From NCBI GenBank assembly GCA_937925685.1, contig CALAMI010000008.1, positions 142,191 through 206,190 of the forward strand: DNA of 64,000 nt. The letters are read 5' to 3'. Of the stretch, positions 1 through 9,146 are shown piece after piece (within the stretch, counting starts at the first letter, position 1; the number at the start of each line of letters is the position of its first letter). The notes beneath the pieces are model-generated. The model did not search any database. It was not told the DNA's origin and was given only the letters and a program-made list of their open reading frames with translations. This DNA comes from Candidatus Binatia bacterium (GTDB lineage: Bacteria; Desulfobacterota; Binatia; HRBIN30). Both the position numbers and the translations under genes were made by a program.

Positions 1-1
1 G

Positions 2-1066
2 GTGGATGCGGAACCGAAGTCCTTAGACCTTGGCAACTTGTACGCAAAACCCAGTGCTGTCCGCGAGCTTCAACTCCGTGCCGAAGGGGGAAGCGATCAA
101 GCCCTGCGGTTCAAAGTGCGTGCCCTCGCGCCGGAACTGGCTGCCCATGGGAGCGCGTTGACCGTAAGCCCGGCGCTGCTTACGGAAGCCGGGAGGCAAA
201 CGCTGACCTTTGAGCTTCTCAATCCGGTGACATTGCCGCATCGAGACGGGTACCAAGGCTATGTCTGCATCGAGTCGGGGGATGAAGATGTGGTGATGAA
301 GCCAATTAGCCTGCCAGTGAGATTTCGCTTCCATCCGCGAGGCACATTCAGGATCGACGCTATCGACAAGATCGACGCACTAACGTTGCAACCAGGTGCA
401 ACGGCGACGGTGCACTATCTCTTGCAGGGAGACTCGTGGGCAAAGGGCAAGGTGAAGGTAACGCATCCTGGGGCGGAAGAAGGGTTGCGGGTTCTCATTA
501 ACGGAAGCCCCGGGGTTGTGGAAGTCGCTGCGGGTGAGACGCTTGCCGTGGAACTGCAGAACGTGGGGATGAAATCGGCAGCCGCGGTGGAGCCTCAGCT
601 CATGTTGTCGTACCCGCCGGAAACCGGCGGCCCCGCGGCCATTGCCCTCCCGCTGGTGTCCCGCCCGCTGACGTGGTGGGAAAAGTGGCGTAGGTGGTGG
701 TGGCTCTTACTGCCCTTGCTCCTGGCCATGCTGGCAAAGGCCTGGCAAATGCGCTCGTGGGGATATCTCGCCGGCACAGGTCCCCCACCCGAATGCCGGG
801 AGCTGCGCGGTAAATTGCGCGGCAGGCGGCCGGTGGATCTCGGTAAGGTTACGGGGCTCAAGGAACTCGAAGGAGTTCGAATCCAGCGCAAGGGGGCGGT
901 GCTAATGGTTAAAGGGATCGGCGACCAGCCCGGGCGCAGGCTGGAATGTGAGGGAGATCCCCTGGAGGACAACGAGCCGATTAAATTTGGCGAAGAAGTC
1001 ACGGTTGTTGTCGATGGAACAGAAAAGGGAATGTTCGTGATCTGGCGGCGAGGACAAAAGGCGTAA
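2..1066 (+). CDS. Membrane-anchored protein (probably 5'-truncated): beta-rich extracytoplasmic region, one TM helix, small C-terminal beta domain (possibly FHA-like); first visible gene of the tubulin-like operon
   Basis: ORF runs from the window edge; TM segment WWEKWRRWWWLLLPLLLAMLAKAW; stop is 13 nt before the tubulin-like gene. Confidence 0.7.
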   Translation: MDAEPKSLDLGNLYAKPSAVRELQLRAEGGSDQALRFKVRALAPELAAHGSALTVSPALLTEAGRQTLTFELLNPVTLPHRDGYQGYVCIESGDEDVVMKPISLPVRFRFHPRGTFRIDAIDKIDALTLQPGATATVHYLLQGDSWAKGKVKVTHPGAEEGLRVLINGSPGVVEVAAGETLAVELQNVGMKSAAAVEPQLMLSYPPETGGPAAIALPLVSRPLTWWEKWRRWWWLLLPLLLAMLAKAWQMRSWGYLAGTGPPPECRELRGKLRGRRPVDLGKVTGLKELEGVRIQRKGAVLMVKGIGDQPGRRLECEGDPLEDNEPIKFGEEVTVVVDGTEKGMFVIWRRGQKA

Positions 1067-1079
1067 AAGGGGGTTTTTT

Positions 1080-3941
1080 ATGGGACCGAAGGAAACACGG
1101 AGGCTCAAGAGAACGATCTTGATTGGTTTGGGAGGTACGGGCAAGGAAGCTCTATTGAGGGCAAAGAAGAATTACGTGGGTGTATTTGGTGAAATCCCCC
1201 CGTTGGTGAAGTTCCTATTGATCGATACCACCGGCGCAGCGATTGATTGCATACGCGCCGAATATCCCGAGGGGAGGCCAGTAGAGTTGCGCTTCGAACC
1301 AAACGAGGTGCTTTTGATCGAAGCCCGAGGCGCAAGCTTATTGCCGAAAACGCACGACGAAATTCGGGACTGGTTTCCTCCAAAGGCTGACCTCAAATCC
1401 AACATTATTTCCGGAGCTGGCCAAATTCGTGCGCTTGGGCGCCTCGCATTATTTGCCAATGCTCACAGCGTTTACGAGGGCCTGCGTGCTCTTTTGTCGC
1501 AGGCGCGCGACTACAGAGTGGAACGACCGACCCAGCAACAGCGCTTTGTGTACCAGCCTTATTCCCCTCATTTGACTGTGTGCATCGTGGGTTCACTGGC
1601 CGGGGGAACAGGTGCCGGAATTTTCCTCGATGTGGCCATGATTTTGCGTGACATTCTGAAAGATGAAGACCAACTCTTCGGCTACTTTTTGCTGCCCGAC
1701 ATTTACGTGAACCGACCGGGAACTCAGAACGTCGAGGCCAATGCGTACGCTGCTCTGTGCGAGCTAGACCACTACATGAGCCTCGACGGAACGCACTCCT
1801 ACTCCTTTGGAGGACGTAGGATCGAGGTCCGTAAAAAACCATTCGACATGGTCTTCCTCGTCAACAACCGCAATCGCGCCGGAAAGAGCTTTAACCAGAT
1901 CGAGGACATGGCTGAACTTCTGGGGCTCGGCGCCTTTCTGGTCAGTGGCCCCTTGGGCAAGCAACAGGCGGATGTGTTTGACAATATTATCATGCAACTC
2001 ACCGAACAGCAGGGGGCTTTTTATGGGAAGCGGGCACACTATGCCAGCTTTGGGGTAGCCGAGCTGCGCTTCCGCCCGCGCGAAGTCGGCGCGAGGGAAG
2101 GCTATCAGGTTGCTGAAAAGGTTCTGAACGATCTGCTCCATGATGACGGCCAAAGCTGGGGGACCACGCAGTTGGAGCGCCAGATCAACACCATCAAAGA
2201 GGCGGATGTGCGCGAAAAAGTGAAGGAAAAGGTCCTAGCTAACTTTTCTCTCCCGAAGCCCTCCGAGTCGCGCGCCGACGATCCTGAGGCGTGGCAGAAG
2301 GCAAAGCAGTCGTTTGCCGAACTCGAGGAAGCAGTTCGTTCAGAAGCCCTCCAATTGCTTTCGAAGGAAGTCAAGTCTTTTGAAAAAGAGCTAGGCGATG
2401 AACTCGACAAGAATTGGCGTACGTACTACGGCTTACCTTCGTTAAAAAGGGGCGTGCAGCAGTTGCACGAGGTAGCCCAAGACTGGATCAAACAATGCAA
2501 AATGGAGACAAAAAGCGCCGAACAAACACGAGACGAAATGCATTCTGCGCTTGAACGCAATCTAAAGAACCAGCGAGGCCTCGGACGGTGGCTGGGTGAG
2601 GGAAACAAAGAGCCGAGGGTCGATCGGAGCCAGCTCAGAAGGGGCCAGGATTGGGCGATCAATGTGGGAATCGAGAGAGCCCGTCTCGCGGCGGCTGAGG
2701 ATTTGGAAAAAGCACTCAAGGAAAAGCTCGAGCAGTTTGAACGTCTGGAAAAAAGCGTAAACGAATTCCTCAAAGACTTTCAGGCTCGAGTCAATAAGCG
2801 AACTACTCAAATAGGTGAGGATTCCTCGCCGTTTACAGTCACGTTGCCGCCTCCGTACTTGGAAGCGCCGAGCGAGAGTCGTGACGGCCATGACCGACCA
2901 GCTCGAGATGCCTTAGTAAGCAAGGGATTGCAAAACCTGCTGCAAAACCCTCCCAGCGTACTCAACGAAGTCTTTATTGGCACCACTACCTCTTTGAAAG
3001 ACTGGCTGCTGCAGGTGCAGGAAAAGGACCGCAACGACCCGATCCGGGAGGCAGTGGAGTCGGCCTTGCAAGAGCTGGATAAACTTTCTGCCCCAGCGTG
3101 GGATTATCAGGAGGCTTGGCTTGCCAACCCGAAGGTGGCGCGGCGCGAGCAAGTGCATATCCTCGGTTTGGAGAACGACGATCCCAATCACCCGTTGCTG
3201 CGAATCGACGGATTTCGGCACGTTTTTGCTGCCAGCGTCGAGGCAGACCGAAAACTCGCCTGCGTGCCTACTGGCGATCCGAACAGAATTTATTTGTACA
3301 AGATCGAAGCTTCGATACCGGCATTTACGTTGCAGGGAATCGAGATCTATCGGGAAAAGTACGACGATTTTTCCAAGGATCGCAGCTTCCACGTGGAACG
3401 CCGCTTCGAGGAAGACCCACCGGAGATTTTTCCCGTGCCGCTACCAGAAACGCTGGGCAGGGTGTGGACGAAGGCGCGCCTTTTTGGGCTGATTCGGAAG
3501 AGCGAAGGCACGCCGATGTACGAATGGCGAGGAGAAGAGGATACTGGCAAGGAACGTTGGCACGCCTTGGGAAGGACGTTGCATGAGGCGTTCCAGCGCC
3601 TTCGAAAAGATTTCTTTGCGTTCAAGGAACTTGAGTCAGCCGTGGCGGAAATGGAGGAGAAAGTTTGCATCCGAAGTCGCGACGGGGTCGAGAAGTTGAA
3701 ACAGTGCTGCGAGGAGGCTCTTAAACATTGTAAAAAGCTCAGCGAGAGCGCTAAGAACGGCAACGGTGCACAAAAACTTGGTCCTGAGGATCTCGAGGTC
3801 GTAAATCGCGAGATTGATGCCCTCACCGCCTGGATCGCGGAGCTCGAAACGTATTCCGGCCCCGGTGTAGAGGACCAGTTCCCCATTCTTGAGCTGACGG
3901 GACAACCAGATGGAGCTGCACCCGACAATCATCGTCGCTAG
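1080..3941 (+). CDS. Tubulin/FtsZ-like GTPase (Tubulin_2/FtsZl-type) with long coiled-coil C-terminal region
   Basis: ILIGLGGTG, GAGQIRALGR, GSLAGGTGAG tubulin signature, NAYAAL.EL, PFDMVFL; Glu/Lys-rich heptad-like middle region. Confidence 0.9.
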   Translation: MGPKETRRLKRTILIGLGGTGKEALLRAKKNYVGVFGEIPPLVKFLLIDTTGAAIDCIRAEYPEGRPVELRFEPNEVLLIEARGASLLPKTHDEIRDWFPPKADLKSNIISGAGQIRALGRLALFANAHSVYEGLRALLSQARDYRVERPTQQQRFVYQPYSPHLTVCIVGSLAGGTGAGIFLDVAMILRDILKDEDQLFGYFLLPDIYVNRPGTQNVEANAYAALCELDHYMSLDGTHSYSFGGRRIEVRKKPFDMVFLVNNRNRAGKSFNQIEDMAELLGLGAFLVSGPLGKQQADVFDNIIMQLTEQQGAFYGKRAHYASFGVAELRFRPREVGAREGYQVAEKVLNDLLHDDGQSWGTTQLERQINTIKEADVREKVKEKVLANFSLPKPSESRADDPEAWQKAKQSFAELEEAVRSEALQLLSKEVKSFEKELGDELDKNWRTYYGLPSLKRGVQQLHEVAQDWIKQCKMETKSAEQTRDEMHSALERNLKNQRGLGRWLGEGNKEPRVDRSQLRRGQDWAINVGIERARLAAAEDLEKALKEKLEQFERLEKSVNEFLKDFQARVNKRTTQIGEDSSPFTVTLPPPYLEAPSESRDGHDRPARDALVSKGLQNLLQNPPSVLNEVFIGTTTSLKDWLLQVQEKDRNDPIREAVESALQELDKLSAPAWDYQEAWLANPKVARREQVHILGLENDDPNHPLLRIDGFRHVFAASVEADRKLACVPTGDPNRIYLYKIEASIPAFTLQGIEIYREKYDDFSKDRSFHVERRFEEDPPEIFPVPLPETLGRVWTKARLFGLIRKSEGTPMYEWRGEEDTGKERWHALGRTLHEAFQRLRKDFFAFKELESAVAEMEEKVCIRSRDGVEKLKQCCEEALKHCKKLSESAKNGNGAQKLGPEDLEVVNREIDALTAWIAELETYSGPGVEDQFPILELTGQPDGAAPDNHRR

Positions 3942-6198
3942 TGGTGGGACAGCTACCGAGCTTGTCTCGTCGCTGGTTGAAGACTGGCACGCTACTCTTG
4001 GCGATGCCGCTGAAGTCGTTGCTTTTGCTGTGCCTGCGGAGTTCGACAAGTGGGGGCAAGCGATCCGCGAAATCCATGATGTATTGACGGTTGCCCGCCT
4101 GCAGCGCCTAGGGCATTGGATCGACCCTGCGATCAATGGGGTGTGGTTGGCAGAACTCCATGACCCAGAGCTGCCGCGGCTTCTATCCTCTTTGGAAAAG
4201 GGGATGCAAAGTGGGCTGACCCAAGGACGCGAACTCCGTCTTCACATGCTCTTGTTACTCCCCGACTTATTCGACGCTTCGCCCCATGAACAAGAGCTTG
4301 CGAGTGCACACATAGAGTTGCTGCGCCCCACTAAGAACGCCTCGTTCACGATGCGCGTTTGGCCTCTGTCGGTGCGCAGCCGGGCCGACCTGTATATCCA
4401 CGACGCAAAAGATCTCTTGCCCCTAGTGCAATACTTTATTGAAGCATGTTTGCTGCGCTCGTTTCCGCTCCATCCCGATGGGCGCGACAGCATAGACTGG
4501 GCGGGTCTGGGCTGCTCGGTTTTCGCCATTGGTAAGCCTCTTCCACAAAACTTGGCACACGATGTTTGGGAGGAAGTGAAAAGGACCGTAGTCCGGTCTG
4601 TAACCTCGTGTTTGCAGCCGACCTCGAGTTTGGCAGGTAGGGAAGAAGACGCCGTTGGCGTAACATCACGTGGCCAGCAGGGTTCCGCTGGGGGGGCCCG
4701 CTTTGGTCAGTTCCCTGAGCGTCAGGATAACGTTTTCGGCGAGGATTTAGAGGTCCCGCCCTGTCCGAAAATCGAGCCAGATGACATTGCCTCTGCGGAA
4801 CAGCATCCGGTGCCTCAACGGAGCGATTGCTTCGATCATCCTAAGTGGGAAACGATCGTGGCCGGTCCATGGAGGAACTATGAAAAGCAGTCGCTGTCGT
4901 CCTGTACGGAGAAAATTTCGCTCAAGGTCGAGCCTTTCGAACGAGGGATCGTGGAGGAAGGAGTCCGCGTGGCCCTGCGGTGTGGCTTGCCACAGGTAGA
5001 GGAGTATCGACGGCGCTTGGAAAGAGCGCTCTCTCGGGCAAACGCTGAGCTCGATGCGGCTTTGGAACCATTCGACCGGCTCATGGGATTAAGTCAGGGT
5101 AGGAGACATCTTTTGCGTGCGGCAGTGAGCCCCGATTTACGGGCTCTGATCGAGGAGGCTGATGAGGCACTGGATGCTTGCGACCTGGAAGCGTTCTTAC
5201 GGCACGACCAGGAGGCTCGACAAATTAGCGAGGAGCTTAGGGAGACCCAGAATCAGTTCGAATTGAACGAGAAACAATGGAAAGAGAGATTCGAGACTAA
5301 GAAGCGCGAAGACGGCGCAACGATGAGTAACGCGCGCCGTGTGTTGCGTTGGATCCTGGACTTTTCAAGAAGACTGGTCGCTCCGTGGTTTGGTTGGGAA
5401 ACACCTTCCGACAAAATTGAAGAAGATCGCGCTTGGCGAAAACGCCACTGTGACAAGGCGTGGACGCTTGTCGACAAAGCCAGCAAGCTCGAGGCGAAGA
5501 AGTGGGAGCGTAGCCGCTTTTGGTTCGAACGCTGGGCGGAGTTTCGAGTGCGGCGTGCCTACCGGGACGCTTTATTGGCTGCCTTGGAGCGTTGCCGGAG
5601 CGTTCTGTCCGCTGCAAAGCACCTCGAAGTGAAACCAATTCTTCCGGCTCAGCCGCCACTGATTTTAACCTTGAATCTCCCGCGCCCCCTCGTCCAACCG
5701 ACCGTCGAGCGACTAGCGCAAGAGCTGGTGAGGGAGCGCCTCCTCGAGGAACTGTGGGATGGCCACACCGACACCCTGGTGAGAAGACTTGTTCGTAAGT
5801 CGGAGGAGGCCATTGCCGAGCTACCTGAGCCGACCCTGGAAGAAATGTTGGATGACGACGCTTGGGCGGCGGCATTCCAGGTGGCGGCGCCCCGCGTCAT
5901 GGTTGCCCATCGCCCCGAACAGGAAATGTACACCCTTTTGTATACCCCGGGGCCATTACCACGGTTTTCGGAGAAGGTACTCGTGGATCGGTATTGGCGT
6001 TCGGGCGGCCTGGTGATGTTCCGCTGTGTGCTGCCAATCTATCCTGAGGCGTTGCTTACGGAAGCAGCCAGCCCGAGGGTCGCACGAGCGGGTCACGGTG
6101 ATGGCGCGAAACCCTACTCGGCAGGCCGCAATTTCTCCAAAAATGACGACCGGCCAAACCACCTTCTCGAAGAGGTATTTGGAGCTAATGCAGCTTGA
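3910..6198 (+). CDS. Coiled-coil protein, possible degenerate (inactive) tubulin-like partner
   Basis: 762-aa ORF overlapping the upstream gene; N-terminus PTIIVASGGTA echoes the tubulin first loop but no GGGTG signature; helical E/R-rich centre. Confidence 0.65.
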   Translation: MELHPTIIVASGGTATELVSSLVEDWHATLGDAAEVVAFAVPAEFDKWGQAIREIHDVLTVARLQRLGHWIDPAINGVWLAELHDPELPRLLSSLEKGMQSGLTQGRELRLHMLLLLPDLFDASPHEQELASAHIELLRPTKNASFTMRVWPLSVRSRADLYIHDAKDLLPLVQYFIEACLLRSFPLHPDGRDSIDWAGLGCSVFAIGKPLPQNLAHDVWEEVKRTVVRSVTSCLQPTSSLAGREEDAVGVTSRGQQGSAGGARFGQFPERQDNVFGEDLEVPPCPKIEPDDIASAEQHPVPQRSDCFDHPKWETIVAGPWRNYEKQSLSSCTEKISLKVEPFERGIVEEGVRVALRCGLPQVEEYRRRLERALSRANAELDAALEPFDRLMGLSQGRRHLLRAAVSPDLRALIEEADEALDACDLEAFLRHDQEARQISEELRETQNQFELNEKQWKERFETKKREDGATMSNARRVLRWILDFSRRLVAPWFGWETPSDKIEEDRAWRKRHCDKAWTLVDKASKLEAKKWERSRFWFERWAEFRVRRAYRDALLAALERCRSVLSAAKHLEVKPILPAQPPLILTLNLPRPLVQPTVERLAQELVRERLLEELWDGHTDTLVRRLVRKSEEAIAELPEPTLEEMLDDDAWAAAFQVAAPRVMVAHRPEQEMYTLLYTPGPLPRFSEKVLVDRYWRSGGLVMFRCVLPIYPEALLTEAASPRVARAGHGDGAKPYSAGRNFSKNDDRPNHLLEEVFGANAA

Positions 6199-7663
6199 GG
6201 AAGCATTTCCCGGTAAAGTGATCTGTAAGGGTACCGCCTTGAATCCCCCTTTCGATCGTCTACCGCGGTTCGTGGCGGAATACTTGGTGGCAAAATTTGC
6301 CCCGGAAGGTGCCGAGAATCGTCTGAGTCGTTTACGGGAATTCGTCCAGCGACATTACCCAACTTTAGAGCAACGGGAGTGGGCGAAAGATCAGCTCCTA
6401 CGCCGTGACCGCTTGGTGCTGATCGACGAACTCCGAGTGAAGCCGGATCTCACCACCGGCCTCTACACGGCGCAGTTAGCCACTTTAGGTGACGTACGAG
6501 TAACGGTTCCGAGCGAGATTTGCGACCGATACCCGGCGGTACTCTATGGTCTTTGGGGAACCCTCGAACTCCGGTACGAAAAGCGCAGCCGGGAAGCAAC
6601 GTTAAGACAATTTATCCCGTTTCAGGTCGGGGCCGATTTCCAGGAGTTCTTGCGTGGGCGTGCTCAATTTTCATTGAACGAGTGGGTCGATATCCTGCTT
6701 GGAGCCGTCGGATTCGACCCCGCACGCCTTCTGGATAGAGAGAAACAGCTTCTGTTGACCCGCCTGGCACCTTTGGTCGAGCCTCGCCTTCAACTCATGG
6801 AACTCGGACCGCGGCAGACTGGAAAATCGTTTTTGCTGAGAAATTGCTCGCCTGACGTGTTCCTGCTCTCTAGTAGTACCGTGAGTCCCGCCACCCTCTT
6901 TTACCATCAGGTATCCCGGCGGCCCGGCTTGTTGTCGGCTTATTCCGTGGTCGTATTCGACGAAATCGGTCATGGACGATGGGTGGACCGGGAGCTCATC
7001 GGAACGCTCAACGACGTGATGGAGTCCGGCAGATTCACCCGTGGCGGGCGGGCGTTTACGGTGCAAACCTCGCTGGTGTTTCTGGGGAACACGGACGACC
7101 CCTCGGTGCCTCAGACAAAGCTGTTACCGCGTGGATTGGCCGGCGAGACAGGATTTTTAGACCGGTTGAACGCCCTCATCCCGGGTCACGAGCTTCCCAA
7201 GATTAATCCGCAACTCGTCAACCACGGCGTGGGGCTGGCAGTCGATTACTTGGCTGAAATCTTGCGCTTTCTTAGGAAAAAGGACATCCACCTTGCGATT
7301 GCACACGAGTTACCGCCCCGGTGCACGGAACGCGATCTCCGCAGCGTGCGGCGCTTGGTAGCGGCCTTCGCAAAGCTGTTGTACCCGGCGGGCGACTGGT
7401 CCCTTGACCAGTTGCGCCCATGGATCGAACTGGCTTGCGAGCTGCGCGAAAAGGTTTGGGTGGAACTCTCCGCCTGGAACCCTGTGGAGTTCCCCCCGCG
7501 TCAGCGGAGAGAAGTTGTCGACAGTGGACCAAAGGGGGCTACCGCGATATCCACCCTCGCCGAGGCCGAGCGCGAACTGGGGGAAGCTGTAGGCGCAGTG
7601 TCCGAGAGCTTGGCCGAGTCGGCGAATGCCGAGGGTAACTCGAGTGCGCGAGGCGAAACCTAA
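6188..7663 (+). CDS. BrxL-like (MCM-clade AAA+) ATPase without a C-terminal Lon protease domain
   Basis: ELGPRQTGKS Walker A, VVFDE Walker B, MESGRFTRG, FLDR arginine finger, ERD..SVRR; N-terminal LPRFVAEYL typical of BrxL; start set to ATG 6188, overlapping the upstream stop. Confidence 0.85.
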   Translation: MQLEEAFPGKVICKGTALNPPFDRLPRFVAEYLVAKFAPEGAENRLSRLREFVQRHYPTLEQREWAKDQLLRRDRLVLIDELRVKPDLTTGLYTAQLATLGDVRVTVPSEICDRYPAVLYGLWGTLELRYEKRSREATLRQFIPFQVGADFQEFLRGRAQFSLNEWVDILLGAVGFDPARLLDREKQLLLTRLAPLVEPRLQLMELGPRQTGKSFLLRNCSPDVFLLSSSTVSPATLFYHQVSRRPGLLSAYSVVVFDEIGHGRWVDRELIGTLNDVMESGRFTRGGRAFTVQTSLVFLGNTDDPSVPQTKLLPRGLAGETGFLDRLNALIPGHELPKINPQLVNHGVGLAVDYLAEILRFLRKKDIHLAIAHELPPRCTERDLRSVRRLVAAFAKLLYPAGDWSLDQLRPWIELACELREKVWVELSAWNPVEFPPRQRREVVDSGPKGATAISTLAEAERELGEAVGAVSESLAESANAEGNSSARGET

Positions 7664-9146
7664 CGCGAGCGCCAGGCCAGGATTGGTATCAGTCATCGTG
7701 GTGTGGAGCTGTAACTCTCTGTGGGGTGCGTGTGTTGATTCCCCGCGGCTACCGTCAGGAACGGAGGACTTTGCCCCGCGGGAGTTGGCCATCCTATTCG
7801 TCGGGGTGGGCCTGCCTACAGCAGGCGTTAGCCGCACCGTGAGATACCCTTTTGGCAGTGGGCGGAGAATGGCCGGAAAAACCTGCGTTGAGCGTTACGA
7901 TGATCAAGGGGGGTGATGGGGAGCATCGGTCAGCTGCCATTTGGCCCATCCGTGACTGCGGTGCTTTACAAACGAAGGGGCGAGAGAGCGAGCTAGCACC
8001 GTGCCCCGGACAATGTGAGGGGCGAGTGAAAGCCGCCCAGGGATTACCTGCACATTGGACACCGTGATCCCCCTACCGATCTTACTGCTTTTGAGCCTAG
8101 TACTTTGCCCGCGCCAGCTTCCCAAGGGAGCACCCTGAGCTCGCCCGCAGAATCGTCTAGCTTCGGTGGTTGCCAGGCTCCGGCACGGTCGGGCATCGAA
8201 AAGGGAACTGGCTGTGGTGCGTCTTACCGAAGAAGGAAGTTGGAGTTAAGACGTTCTGGCCAAGCGCATTGCGGCCAACGGGTCTCCGACCACTCGCCGC
8301 TGAAGCCGACCGGGGAGATGAGTTGCCGCCCGTATTCGAGGCGTCGCACCCGTGAGCACCTCTTCACCCGAAGCCGAGCTCCTGCCACATCGCTAGCTAG
8401 CTCCAAGACGAGGTGTGTCCCTGGTTCTTGCGACCGTCGGCAATTTGACTTGGATTGCCAGAACGCTGATGGCGGACGTTGATGCCGCGGACAAGCCAAT
8501 GAGTTACACGGAAACAATGCTGTTTCTGCGTTCGCGCAACGAGCGGCTTTGTGCGGGACGGAGCGCACAAAACGGATGGGCTTCAAACAGCTGAGCCAAC
8601 AGGCCAACGAGTCTACCGCAGCCTGGACCGCTCTGCTCGAGTAGGTAGCACGTGCCGAAGGGCGACCAGTTGCCGACCTCGTGTAACGAGCCGCCCTTTT
8701 CCGGGGGCACTCGAAGCCCTCGAACACTGCTGGTTGCGGACAAAGGTCGGTGCGCTCTTGGCCGCCACGTTTTGCTGGGCAACGGTCGCGGAACCTAAGG
8801 CGAGTGTGCACTGGTTTGCTTAAGTCTAATCAAAAGACCCCAAGCGGTCGCTTTGGTCACGAACGAGTCGATTTCTTACTGCAGGAGGGGAGCGCCTCGC
8901 TTCGTGGTCGACACCATGCATGAAAGCGGCACGCCCCTTTTTCCGGCGTCCAGCAATAAACGGGCCGTTATCTGCGGACCGGCGAGGGCAAAAGGAATAA
9001 ATGTTGCAGATTTTGCTTCCTCAAAGCCATCACCCACGAGAAATGGTTGGAAAATCACAAGGCCCTGTGACCTCGTAACGAAAGGGCAGTGCCCAGCCAA
9101 CCGTCGCTTGCGAAAGCGGGGCGCAAAAAAGGAAGGGAGGAAAAAC

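Noticed and set aside
6026-6187. N-terminal extension of the BrxL-like ORF
   Set aside because: It lies inside the upstream gene; ATG 6188 gives a typical coupled start
6188-7663. Complete BREX system or Lon protease
   Set aside because: No pglZ, pglX or brxC in the window, and the protein ends without a Lon Ser-Lys protease domain
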